DNA from: Octopus sinensis
Lineage: Eukaryota
Direction of reading: 5' to 3'
DNA length: 64,000 bases
Assembly: GCF_006345805.1 (NCBI RefSeq)
Contig: NC_042997.1
Location: 44,144,001-44,208,000, forward strand
Position numbers and translations under genes: made by a program. Below, piece by piece: positions 41,517 through 53,639 of the stretch. The first letter of the stretch is position 1. Every line of letters begins with the position of its first letter. The notes below the pieces were generated by a model. It saw only the letters and a program-made list of their open reading frames with translations, made no database searches and was not told the origin of the DNA.

Positions 41517-41580
<64 letters not shown>

Positions 41581-41586
<6 letters not shown>

Positions 41587-42945
41587 ATGTTACATTACTC
41601 GGTAGTCAAGATAAACTCTGAGTTTCAGATGCCGAACGGTTGTCAATTTCTTAGACGTTTCCTTAGATCTTAATAATAATATTTATAAGCCTTATAGGAA
41701 GCCCAATGATAGACTAAGTTATATTAATGTAGGTTCATGCCATCCCCCTATAGTATTCAAAAATTTAGTTAAAAATATTAGTAAGAGGATTTCTAGCCTC
41801 TCATCTAATGAGGACATCTTCAATAGCGTTGCCCCAGTTTATAATAAAGCTTTAAAAGATAGTGGTTTTAGCGAAAAAATAAAATATACACCTATCACCA
41901 GCCCAACAATAAGGAAAAGGAATAATAGAAATAGGAAGGTCATCTGGTTTACGCCCCCTTACTCACCCGAGGTGGCCTTCAATATAGGTAAATATTTCCT
42001 AGCACTGAAGATAAGACATTTTCCAGTTAACCATGCTTATAGGAAACTCTTCAATAGACACAATTTAAAAATTAGTTTTAGTTCAACTACCAATTTTAAA
42101 AACATAATCAATCATAACATACAAAAAACACAAGAAGAAAACAGCTGTTCATGCAGGAATAAAAATTGTGCCCGCTAAATGGAGCTTGCATGTCCAAGAC
42201 CATCATATATGAAGCTACCGTAAACTCTATAACCACTAAAGACACCCGTTTCGACGAAGAATACGTGGGCCTGACAGAGGGTAATTTCAAGGCCAAGTTC
42301 ACTTTGAGCTTTAGGCACTGGAACAAAAGAAAAGCGACACAATTATCCAATCATATTTGGTCTTTAAGAGATAAAGGTGTCGATTATAACATACAATGGA
42401 AGATTTTGGCCAGATGTAAGCCCTATACTAACGGCAGCGGAAGGTGCGGTTTATGCGACATGGAGAGATGGCTTATCTGGAAAAGCAGCTTAGACCCTAC
42501 CACATGTCTAAATACAAGGACAGAGCTTTTCGGATCATGCCCACATGTGACTAAATTTCTGTTACGTTTTTGGTCCCCTAAAGAAAACGGATAGAACATG
42601 CTTTCTGTGTTATGTCCCAAGAAGATTTTATATATTTTTATATATTTTTATATATTTTTATGTATTTTTATATAATTTTTATGACGAAAAATGCGAGCGA
42701 TGTATAAGTACGCAGGCAAAGCAGAGTTATAACAGAGTAATTTCCCTTCATTTTTAACGGTATTTTTCATAACGTTTTCAAATAGCCAGATAACCGATGA
42801 GATGGTGTTGTGGATTTCCACTTCGGCATCTGAAACTCAGAGTTTTATCTGACTACCGAGTAATGTAACATATTGTATAGATAAATTTCCTCTATTTACA
42901 TAATATTGAGGTCTCTTTCTTTCTTTGTTATCTTACCGTTTTAAT

Positions 42946-42948
<3 letters not shown>
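41581..42948 (+). mobile_element. 5'-truncated Penelope-like element: RT thumb plus GIY-YIG endonuclease, with inverted pseudo-LTR fragment
   Basis: NFLDV..YRKPND..SCHPP, IWFTPPYS, CSC..CPLNGAC, IIYEA..YVGLTE, CGLC..E, LNTRTEL..CPH; 41581-41636 is the inverted copy of 42822-42878. Confidence 0.92.
42788..42850 (+). ncRNA. Hammerhead ribozyme in the Penelope pseudo-LTR (core variant CCGAUGA)
   Basis: AGAUAA-CCGAUGA-GAUG..CAUC-U-GAAA-CUCAGAG-UU-UUAUCU. Confidence 0.75.
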
Positions 42949-42986
<38 letters not shown>

Positions 42987-43265
42987 ATGTAGAAAAATAC
43001 AACTCGGACAAGAACGTAAAGCATTTAGAAGACGATACAAAAACACGGACGGGACATTCGAAGCTTCAATCTTAAGTCAAGAACCGGATCATCCTAGCAA
43101 TTTCGGTGATTAATCTTGAGATCGCTCCAATCCGGCCAGCCAAGGAAAAACTAAGCTACGAGCATTAGATTTCTTGGAAGAAGGATCGAATGTATACGAA
43201 AAAGGGACAGAAAAACGGACGGTGCCACACGAATATAAAATACAAAAACAATAATGGTAAAAACA

Positions 43266-43344
<79 letters not shown>

Positions 43345-43495
43345 CATACATACCTACATATATATGTATATATGTACGTATGTATGTATGTATGTATGTA
43401 TGTATGTATGTATGTATGTATGTATGTATGTATGTATGTATGTATGTATGTATGGCATGGTATGTATGTATGTATGTATGTATGTATTATGTATA

Positions 43496-43870
43496 TATAA
43501 GGCAAATAAGAAAATAGAGAGGATATAAAATTGACTAACATCAGTCAGTAAACAATCCATTATACCTATTTATTAAATGATAACAAACATGTGTTTAAGT
43601 GGTACAAGTAAACGAATGAGATCAGCCAATAAATACATAAACAGATATATATATATATATATAGAGAGAGAGATGAATGAATAATAATAGATGAGTGTAC
43701 GGATACAAATCACTTACGGCCGTTTCTACCATGAAGCCTCAGAATCTTCCAATCTTACTTGAACCACTTTAATACATGTTTGTTATCATTTAATAAATAG
43801 ATATAATGGAATGTTTACTGGCTGATGTTAGTCGATTTTATATCCTCTCCATTTTCTTATTTGCCTTATA
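43496..43870. mobile_element. Fold-back element with about 115 bp arms and a partial hammerhead in the loop
   Basis: 43496-43611 is the inverse of 43755-43870; minus strand GAAA-CGGCCG-UA-AGUG at 43711-43726. Confidence 0.8.
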
Positions 43871-44034
43871 AATTGTGGGTAAATTTCGAATTTACCCCCA
43901 CCCATCCCTAGTATTCAATTGCACTATTGTCATGCAATAATAAGCACTTGGTTAGAAATACGTATGTGTACATCCAGTAGTATACTGGATATTTAATATC
44001 CCTTAGATGGTTTATTAACATCTAATATATATTC

Positions 44035-44070
<36 letters not shown>

Positions 44071-44072
<2 letters not shown>

Positions 44073-44350
44073 AAATATAATATGTGACAATTATTCGGTA
44101 ACCATGATAAAACTCCGAGTTTCGGATGTCGGGGCGGAAACCCACGCCGGCATCTCTTCAGTTATCGGGCTATCAAAAAATGCTATGAAAATGACCGTTA
44201 AACAAAGGGAAATTACTGTGTTGCATAGTAAAACTCGGAGTTTTATCATGGTTACTGAATAATTGTCACATATTATATTTACAGATAAATTCCTCTATTA
44301 ACATAATATCGAGGTCTCTTTCATTCTTTTGTTGTCTTACCATTTCTATC
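44071..44350. mobile_element. ORF-less fold-back relative of the Penelope pseudo-LTR
   Basis: About 52 bp inverted arms (44071-44122, 44230-44282); tail 44283-44350 is homologous to 42880-42948. Confidence 0.85.
44106..44166 (-). ncRNA. Type I hammerhead ribozyme
   Basis: Minus strand GAUAA-CUGAAGA-GAUGCCGG..CCGACAUC-C-GAAA-CUCGGAG-UU-UUAUC. Confidence 0.82.
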
Positions 44351-44907
44351 AATGTATGTGTGTGTGTGTATGTGTGTATATAAAGAGAGAAATTGAAGTA
44401 TTATTGGCAGAAGCAAAAGCACCATATGTATGTATGTTTGCGTGTTTGTATGCATACATGCATGTACTTATGTATGTATGTATGCATGCATGCATGTATG
44501 TATGTATGTATGTATGTGTATTTGTGTGTGTGCGCAACTGTATGAGTGTGTATAGGTTTATGTTTACAACCAAACAACAGATTGCTCAATACATGGTGTA
44601 CAGTTTACACATTATAAGTTGTATCATAGGTTACAGATAGGATCATATGTTTTTTCCTTTATTTTATTACTTGCCCTTGAAACTTATGATATAACGAAAA
44701 TAATTTGTTAACATAGGAAACAAATCCGGGGAAAAATTGTTGAAATTTTTCTGGTTTGATATTTTGTAAATTTCAATTTCAATATTCTGAAGTTTTCCTA
44801 TTCAAATAAGAACCCTCGTTGAACCGAACTAATAAAAGGAAAGATTTTCTGTTTTATCCAATTGTCTAAGTTAACCGACAGGAGGGCTTATTACTGTATA
44901 CGTACAA

Positions 44908-45502
44908 AGGGCGGCAAGCTGGCAAAATCGTTAGCACGCCGGGCAAAATGCATAGCGGTATTTCGTCTGCCGTTACGTTCTGAGTTCAAATTCCGCCGAG
45001 GTCGACTTTGCCTTTCATCCTTTCGGGGTCGATTAAATAAGTACCAGTTACGCACTGGGGTCGATCTAATCGACTGGCCCCCTCCCCCAAAATTTCGGGC
45101 CTTGTACCAAGAGTAGAAAAGAATTATTAGCACGCCGGGTGAAATACTTAGCAGTATTTCGTCTGTCTTTACGTTCTGAGTTCAAAGTACGCCGAGGTTG
45201 ACTTTGCCTTTCATCCTATCGGGGCCGAAAGTACAAGTGAAACACTGGGGTCGATCTAATCGACTGGCCCCCTCCCCCAAAATTTCGGGCCTTGTACCAA
45301 GAGTAGAAAAGAATGGTTAGCACGCCGGGTGAAATACTTAGCAGTATTTCGTCTATCTTTACGTTCTGAGTTCAAAGTCCGCCGAGGTTGACTTTGCCTT
45401 TCATCCTATCGGGGCCGAAAGTACAAGTGAAACACTGGGGTCGATATAATCGACTGGGCCCCTCCCAAAAAATGCTTTGTGCCTTCAGTAGAAAGGATTA
45501 TT
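44908..45502 (+). mobile_element. Three MetaSINE-type copies head-to-tail (about 190 bp period)
   Basis: Units start near 44908, 45126 and 45316; units 2 and 3 share diagnostic changes. Confidence 0.9.
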
Positions 45503-45599
45503 GTACACGTACACTATATTGGCAATATAGAAACAATGACGCTATATCAATGTCTCTATATCAATGATGATACAGAGACAATAACACTGCTTGAGTTTG

Positions 45600-46870
45600 A
45601 TATGCAAAATACATATAAGCAGTCCTTTAGGTTGGTGGCAGTCTATGCTCCAAAAGAGGATAGTCAAGCAGTCTTTTTTCGGGACTTGGAGAATTTCCTA
45701 GTGACGTCGAAAACTTCACTTTTAACAGGAGACTTCAACACTATTCTCAACGTGCGGGTGAATAGTGTAGGCTCGAATTACAGAAGAGGAAGCGGATCTT
45801 TTCCTTTTGAACGGCAGACAATTTCTAGTTAACTAAACACTTTAAAACTTCGTATACTGGTAGAATGTGTCAAAATAAAACATTTTTTTCTCTTGGCTTT
45901 CTTGAGAAAATTGTAATTTGTTTGTTTAACGTAGTTTAATTTTTCGAATTTTAACTAATCCTATGCTCTCTTTTGAGCTAAAATCCTTTGCTGCGTCTAA
46001 AACTGAGACAACATCCTGTAACTAACCCTAAACCTCCCTTAAAGATTTTGGCCAAGGTGCTGGCAAAAAGGTTGACGGTTGTCGCGGAGAAAATTGTCGG
46101 GAAGGCGCAAACATGTGCCATCCCTGGCAGGTCGATCCAGGACAATCTTCATCTCTTACGCTACACCTTAGACAGGGTAGGTAAAGTTTCCGGTGAAGAT
46201 GGGGCACTGGTCCATTTAGACCAGAGTAAAGCCTTCGATAGGGTTGACCAACCTCCCTGGAGGCATTTAAACCCGGTTTGATTAAAAGACTAAACACGAC
46301 TGAATGGCAAAGGGAATGTCGGCAGGCACTTGCACTAATCGACGCGGCGGGTAAGGAAGGCCAGCATCGGAAATACCACGTCTGCATTTTACAAAGGGTT
46401 GGTAGAGTTTAAAAGTGACGACGTTCTAGGAGAAACTCTGGGACTCGATAGGGACCAGCTATCCAACCTGTTTCGGAACACTTTCGGGGTAGGGTATTTG
46501 GACAATTACCAAAGATCCCTGACCTGGCAGTGTTTCAGGAACGCGTTACCTGTTTACGAGAAATTGTCCAGGCACGGGATTTCAGTGCCACCCGAATGTC
46601 CAAGATGCGGCCAGGATAAGGTTCCTTGTTTTCTATGTACAGTCGCAGTCATGAAAGAGTGTGCATGGAGAACTAGAATGCAAGGTTTGACGTCAGGGAA
46701 CTTCATCTCCGGCTCTGGAATGCTATATTACTTCAGGTACCACCTGAAAAGCAAGATAGGGCTGGAGAGAAGACACCTGTCGAAAATAGCGTATGAGGAA
46801 AGATGGAAGGATGTGGTAAGGAAGTTGGGAGTGTATGTCCCTACTTAACCCATTCAGGATAAAATAAAGG
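45600..46870 (+). mobile_element. Fragmented Tx1/L1-clade LINE
   Basis: LVAVYAP..LTGDFN (endonuclease), KILAKVLAKRL..GRSIQDNLHL..DQSKAFDRVD (RT), CPRCG knuckle. Confidence 0.85.
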
Positions 46871-47262
46871 TGTAGCCGTTGGAACTTTAAAAATAAAGTA
46901 ATAAGTCAGAACTAAAGTAATATCAAAAAAAAAAAACAAAACATATGTCATTTTAATATATTTTTGTAAAAAATAACTCACTAAATAACCCTTCTAAATG
47001 TTTGTAGTGCCCTGTGTTGTCCCATCTGTGTCTGATTGTATAATCGTAATAAAGAGAATTGCTGGGTTCGGCTATTCTGCATTGATAAGGGGCAAATACA
47101 CTGAAACTAGTCTGCAGATGCTTGACCAGCAAGGGGAAGCGTCTGACCTCCCCTGTTCGAAGGTTATAATGGACACAGGTTCGTGTGATGGCCTCTTGGA
47201 GCTAATCAACGGCAGCATTCGTCCTATATTTCCGGACTGCCATATTAGCTTGGGGATAACTA

Positions 47263-47510
<248 letters not shown>

Positions 47511-47596
47511 TAACAATAAAAGAATAGGACCTCGATATTAGGTAAATAGAGAACATTTATATGTGTATGATTTAGAACAAGCAGTAAGTTGTCATA

Positions 47597-47655
47597 ATAG
47601 CCGATGAGAATACATCATAGCTCTTAGCTCTGGCATTCGAAACTCTGAGTACTAT
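47597..47655 (+). ncRNA. Hammerhead ribozyme (core variant CCGAUGA) closed by an about 40 bp extended stem I
   Basis: AUAG-CCGAUGA-GAAU..AUUC-GAAA-CUCUGAG-UA-CUAU; 47561-47600 pairs with 47652-47692. Confidence 0.78.
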
Positions 47656-47696
47656 CATGACAACTTACTGATTGTCCTAAACTATACATACATATG

Positions 47697-47737
<41 letters not shown>

Positions 47738-47805
47738 GGTAAGATGAGAAAATAGAGAGGTAATTAATAAATTATTATTTATTAATTAAAAAATTAACAA
47801 ATACG

Positions 47806-47888
47806 CCTTATAGCTGTTTCAATTCCAGAGCTTCGGGAAATCAAGTAATAAAATTTAAAATTATTTTAAAGTCGAATCTCTTCAGAGG
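47806..47888 (-). ncRNA. Degenerate type I hammerhead
   Basis: Minus strand CCU-CUGAAGA-GAUUC..GAAUU-GAAA-CAGCUA-UA-AGG; one mismatch in stem III. Confidence 0.6.
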
Positions 47889-47997
47889 TATTTTAAGATA
47901 TACAAAATAGGTGTTCAATTCCTACATGTTGAGTAAACGGCTACAAATCGTTAACGGTTGCAGCCGTTCTATATATATATTATATATGCTCTCTCTC

Positions 47998-48029
<32 letters not shown>

Positions 48030-48039
<10 letters not shown>

Positions 48040-48235
48040 TAAATTAGAGATAAAACCACTATTAGGCAAATCATACAATGAAAAACTTAAGCCAATACAT
48101 AAGATTAATTAATTTATATTATTTAAATATATATCAAAATTATTAAAAAAGATAATTAATATAACACTACGATCGTTTCATGGCTGTTCAATTCTTAAAA
48201 TTTTCGAGTTACAGTCATTCTTCAGGTGGTTTACA
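48030..48235 (-). mobile_element. Single-arm copy of the 41100 element with an intact hammerhead at 48165-48228
   Basis: Homologous to 41105-41302; minus strand CAC-CUGAAGA-AUGACUGU..ACAGCCAU-GAAA-CGAUCG-UA-GUG; starts at (TA)n. Confidence 0.85.
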
Positions 48236-48380
48236 TATCTAAAATATAATCAATATTTTTAAGATATAAATAATATATATAATATAATAATTTTACTTAT
48301 AATAAACTCTATTATCAAATATGATTATATCCAAATCGACTATAATTTCCCTGTAAGTTTGGATTTATTCCCTAATATTT

Positions 48381-48450
<70 letters not shown>

Positions 48451-48551
48451 TTACTTGGAAATGGATGCGTGGCGTTGAATCAAATAATAATAATATAAAT
48501 AATGTATATATATATATATATGCATACACACACATACGCACACGCACACAC

Positions 48552-48627
<76 letters not shown>

Positions 48628-49253
48628 GCATATACGGGTACAGGACGTCACAAACAGTAAACGACATCAAATACGAAAACAAATGTGTGGAATACGCAAA
48701 CAACGAGAGAAAAAATGGGAAACAAGACGGGTAACAAAAAAACGACCCTTCATCAGTTGTCGCCTGCCCATCTACTCCTTATTTCGAGCGTTAAACGACA
48801 ATATGAGCCTTCGAAGGCAGTTGCTCCCACAAAAGCCAAAATAAAATTTGGGATTTCTGGAGGGTTAAAGTTGGGAGAAAAGAGGATAGTGGAGACATAC
48901 AAGGAAACCGAACGAAAACAAACATGGAGGGTTGTTCGAACAGAACGTGGGACAAATAGGGAACAGTGAGAGAAATATTTTCTTTGAAAAGTGAAAAGAT
49001 AGAAGAGTGAGTCTGGAGATGTCCAGTCCTTAGAACGTCCGAGCAAGAAAGAAAGCTGGTCATGTAAAGGTCAAAGTTACGAACAAAAACAGGACAGTGG
49101 AGACACACAAGGAAACCGACCGGAAACAAACATGGAGGGTTGTTAGACCAGAACGAGGGTAAAATAGCGGAGACTGGAGAAATATGAGTATTCAATGTCT
49201 AAGAGGATGGTCCAAATTACGTGTAGCCTTGAGTAGTACGTTGTTGGTATGGG

Positions 49254-49624
49254 TGGAAGCACTCCATCGGTTACGACGACGAGGGTTCCGGTTGATCCGA
49301 ATCAACGGAACAGCCTGCTCGTGAAATTAACGTGTAAGTGGCTGAGCACTCCACAGACACGTGTACCCTTAACGTAGTTCTCGGGGATATTCAGCGTGAC
49401 ACAGAGAGTGACAAGGCCGGCCCTTTGAAATACAGGTACAACAGAAACAGGAAGTAAGAGTGAGAGAAAGTTGTGGTGAAAGAGTACAGCAGGGATCACC
49501 ACCATCCCCTGCCGGAGCCTCGTGGAGCTTTAGGTGTTTTCGCTCAATAAACACTCTGGGAATCGAAACCGCGATCCTATGACCGCGAGTCCGCTGCCCT
49601 AACCACTGGGCCATTGCGCCTCCA
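49254..49624 (-). mobile_element. Young tRNA-derived SINE (about 380 bp family)
   Basis: TSD TTGTTGGTAT. Confidence 0.92.
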
Positions 49625-49810
49625 CCTTGTTGGTATACTCTAGAGTAGTCGACAAGTCATAAATCCGTTGGTTTATTGTAATCGAGGCCAGCTATGAATG
49701 GGAGAATGAACAACAGCTAACATAGTTGCTCATTCTCCCATTCATAGTTGGCCTTGACAGACATATCTCAGCTGTATTCCTGGATATTCTTTTGTTTTGT
49801 AAAATTACTT

Positions 49811-49904
49811 CTCATCTGATGATTACGGTCTTTTATAATGACGTAATGTTCTCACGTGGTAACGTTCTTCTATTAAAAGATACCTGAGAAACAGCTGTAA
49901 TGAG
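49811..49904 (+). ncRNA. Type I hammerhead ribozyme
   Basis: CUCAU-CUGAUGA-long stem II (UCUUUUA/UAAAAGA)-GAAA-CAGCUG-UA-AUGAG. Confidence 0.82.
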
Positions 49905-49929
49905 CTGACAATTATCCATCGTATACTCT

Positions 49930-50337
49930 TTTTACTCTTCTACTCTTCTACTTGTTTCAGTCATTTGACTGCGGCCATGCTGGAGCACCGCCTTTAGTCG
50001 AGCAAATCGACCCCGGGACTTATTCTTTGTAAGCCCAGTACTTATTCTATCGGTCCCTTTTGCCGAACCGCTAAGTGACGGGGACGTAAACACACTAGCA
50101 TCGGTTGTCAAGCGATGTTGGGGGGGGCAAACACAGACACACAAACACATACACACATATATATATATATACATATATACGACAGGCTTCTTTCAGTTTC
50201 CGTCTACCAAATCCACTCACAAGGCATTGGTCGGCCCGGGGCTATAGTAGAAGACACTTGCCCAAGATGCCACGCAGTGGGATTGAACCCGGAACCATGT
50301 GGTTGGTTAGCAAGCTACTTACCACACAGCCACTCCT
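49930..50337 (-). mobile_element. Full-length CORE-type tRNA-derived SINE
   Basis: Head GGAGTGGCTGTGTGGTAAG..GGTTCAATCCC, core TTGGGCAAGTGTCTT, LINE-like tail. Confidence 0.88.
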
Positions 50338-50488
50338 GCACCTATCCTAACATCGTATGTTATTATTCATTTGATTTGTGTGTGTGTGTGTGTGTGTATG
50401 TGACTGTATCAACCAGCATATACCATGCTGGTCACAATGCTCTTCCTCACATTGTTATAGCTGGCTTGGTGGGAAGGGCCAAATTACC

Positions 50489-50717
50489 TATTTCTTTATT
50501 ACCCACAAGGGGCTAAACACAGAGGAGACAAACAAGGACAGACATAGGTGTTAAGTCGATTACATCGACCCCAGTGCGTAACTGGTACTTAATTTATCGA
50601 CCCCGAAAGGATGAAAGGCAAAGTCGACCTCGGCGGAATTTGAACTCAGAACGTAACGCAGACGAAATACCGCTAAGCATTTCGCCCGGCGTGCTAACGT
50701 TTCTGCCAGCTCGCCGC
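50489..50717 (-). mobile_element. MetaSINE-type SINE
   Basis: Near-identical to 21893-22126. Confidence 0.88.
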
Positions 50718-50923
50718 TGTGTAATACACTTGGGCCAAATTACCCCCCTGAACGGAACGCCTGTCCGTGGCACGATTGCCATTTTACCGCTGAATGGACT
50801 GGTGCGACGTGCAACGAGGGTTTGTTCAAGAACACAACGTAGCGTCGGTCTGGATATCGAAATCACGATCGCAAGATCGTGTGTATAGCCGCCTAACCAC
50901 TAGGCCAAGTACCATCATACACA

Positions 50924-50983
<60 letters not shown>

Positions 50984-51005
50984 GTGTTTGTGTGTATGTG
51001 TGTGT

Positions 51006-51388
51006 GGAGGCGTAATGGCCCAGTGGTTAGGGCAGCGGACTCGCGGTCATAGGATCGCGGTTTCGATTCCCAGACCGGGCGTTGTGAGTGTCTATTGAGC
51101 GAAAACACCTAAAGCTCCACGAGGCTCCGGCAGGGGATGGTGGTGATCCCTGCTGTACTCTTTCACCACAACTTTCTCTCACTCTTACTTCCTGTTTCTG
51201 TTGTACCTGTATTTCAAGGGGCCGGCCTTGTCACTCTCTGTGTCACGCTGAATATCCCCGAGAACTACGCTAAGGGTACACGTGTCTGTGGAGTGCTCAG
51301 CCACTTACACGTTAATTTCACGAGCAGGCTGTTCCGTTGATTCGGATCAACCGGAACCCTCATCGTCGTAACCGACGGAGTGCTTCCA
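51006..51388 (+). mobile_element. Young tRNA-derived SINE (about 380 bp family)
   Basis: TSD TATGTGTGTGT. Confidence 0.92.
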
Positions 51389-51997
51389 TATGTGTGTGTG
51401 AAATCTTTTTAGTTTTTCTTTAACGCCCACTCCTCCATAAATCATGAGATTTCGGCTTTTTTACCATTAAAAAATCAAATCATTGTTAACACTATACGGA
51501 CAGTCCGATTCTGCAATTTGTTTCTGTTTATGATTTCAAAATAATTTTCAGGCGAAAAAGTTTGTGATTTAAGGGAGATTTAGCTGTTACTTCTAGCACA
51601 TCCCACCGCCACCTGCTACCTTACTCGCTTCTTTGTCACTCTGACATTATTGATGTTTTTCAATATTTTCTCCCAATAAAAGCATTTTCTGGAATGATGA
51701 TGCCGTGGAATGATGATGCTGGTATGTAAGCAGCAGCAACAAAAATTATAAATTAGATTTTTAATCCCCCATCCCGCATCAAACAAGTCCGTGTGTGTGT
51801 TTAAGAAAAAAAACATATTTACTAACAGAAAATACTGGTAGAATAAATTATCATTTACATGCCTTTTTTAAATCACTTGGTCGCCTTAACGAAGTCCCTT
51901 ACACACATGCATACAAACACAGACAAACGCAAACACACACATTGCATGAGCGGTATACCTTTATAGAGGGTGAGAGTGAGAGAGATAGAGAGAGAGT

Positions 51998-52066
<69 letters not shown>

Positions 52067-52269
52067 TGAGAAATAGGGGAGAAAGTTGGAGAGAGAGAGG
52101 ACGAGATCTTTTCTGTTGCTGTCGCAGATTTTGAAATTTTAGAATTAAGTGAAAATTTTCAAATTTGGTATATTGATGCACTTTTTCACGCTGAATCCGA
52201 GTTTGTGATTCATTTACTCAAGAACATTTTTTAGAAAAATGTTACAGAAGTTTAAAGTTTAATTTTATT

Positions 52270-52662
52270 CATTGATTTATCTTCTGTGTTGATGGGTATA
52301 TTTTGGATGATAATGTTGAAGGCTTCGTTGTTTCTAGGGTTATGTGTGGATATGTATGGGAGTATTTTTAAGTCTTCTGTAGTATTTCGGTTGACTTCAC
52401 TTTACTGTTCGTCACAGATTCTAAACAACACCTATTATTCAACTCATGCCACCCCAAACACATAAAAATTAATATACCTTATAATCTAGCGAAAAGAATC
52501 TGTACCATAGTTTCGGACACCTATACTTGTGAACGAAAACTCCTTGAACTCAAATCAATACTAATCAAAAGACATTACCCAATATCATTAATAAATGATG
52601 GCATTAAACGAGCTTAGGAAATAGATATACGAACATTAAGGGAAGTCAACCGAAATACTACA
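52270..52662. mobile_element. Penelope-like RT-thumb fragment with an internal inversion
   Basis: Plus strand TDSKQHLLFNSCHPKHIKINIPYNLAKRICTIVSD; its continuation EVNRNTTEDLKILPYISTHNP is on the minus strand upstream; 21 bp inverted overlap at 52378-52398 and 52642-52662. Confidence 0.8.
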
Positions 52663-52674
52663 CCAGTAGAAATA

Positions 52675-53015
52675 GATATTTCGTCTGCCGTTACGTTGTG
52701 AGTTCAAATTCCGCCGAGGTCGACTTTGCCTTTCATCATTTCGGGGTCGATAAATTACGTGCTAGTTGCTTACTGGGGACGATCTAATCGACTTAATCCG
52801 TTTGTCTGCCCTTGTTTGTCTACTCTATGTTTAGCTCCTTATGGGTAGTAAAGAAATAGGTATTTCGCCTGACGCTACGTTCTGAGTTCAAATTTCGCCG
52901 AGGTCGGCTTTGCCTTTCATCCTTTTGAGGTTGGTAAAATAAGTACCAGTAAGACACTGGGGTCGATGTAATCGACTAGTCCTCTCCCCTAAAATTTGTG
53001 CCTATAGTTGAAAGG
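52675..53015 (+). mobile_element. Two 5'-truncated MetaSINE-type copies
   Basis: Family match. Confidence 0.8.
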
Positions 53016-53238
53016 AAAGCAACAACAAAAACACCATCACCACCAACAGCAGCAACAATAATAACACGATGAACTTCAACAAAGTTACTTCCTTTTCTAC
53101 AGCCGTTAGCAATTGAACTATTTTTTTTTTCAGTAGACGACTTTAAAAATAAGTCACTGAAATACAAAAGTGACATTATGAAACTAGGTGTTATGTGCCT
53201 TAGTGAAAAAGAGAAAAAAAGCTCCGAAAGACGAACAA

Positions 53239-53635
53239 TCTTTATATATAAAAGTGAAGTTGTGTGTCTGTCTCCTACGATTTAGATTCCTAACTACTCC
53301 CACATTTTGCGGTGAAGTTTAACCAAAACCGGGTATCTTATAGTCGTGATTCATATTGAGCCCTTCTGGGTATTAGCGCGCGTCTACGATGAGTCTACGA
53401 TTTAAAAAAAAAAATTACCATAATTTTTTTCCATTTTAATGCATTTTTTTCGCTATTATATAAGGGAAGTAACTCTCTAAAAATGTCTACGATGAGTCAA
53501 CGATTAAAAAAAAATTTACCATCATTTTTTTCCATTTTTAATGCATTTTTTGCTATTTTTTGGCTATAACTCTCTAAAAATGCTTATATAGTTATTTCCC
53601 TTACAAATCCGAGCAACGCCGGGCGATACTGCTAG
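53239..53635 (+). mobile_element. Non-autonomous Helitron
   Basis: A|TC start, subterminal hairpin CCGAGCAACGCCGG, CTAG|T end, no TSD; second copy at 60811. Confidence 0.85.
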
Positions 53636-53639
53636 TTGT

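Larger units (their letters stand above)
41100..41530. mobile_element. Fold-back element, about 200 bp arms and 20 nt spacer, with one hammerhead per arm
   Basis: 41105-41304 is the near-perfect reverse complement of 41324-41525; flanked by (TA)n. Confidence 0.93.

Noticed and set aside
42140-42780. Possible selenoprotein-encoding (Naiad-type) Penelope element
   Set aside because: The conserved Cys positions inspected are TGT/TGC, not TGA, and no convincing SECIS was seen in the 3' region
48730-48820. Minus-strand AUA-UUGUCG..CGACAA-CUGAUGA-AGGG, resembling a type III hammerhead; a similar layout occurs at 43055-43125
   Set aside because: No correctly placed GAAA and stem III; unresolved and not called
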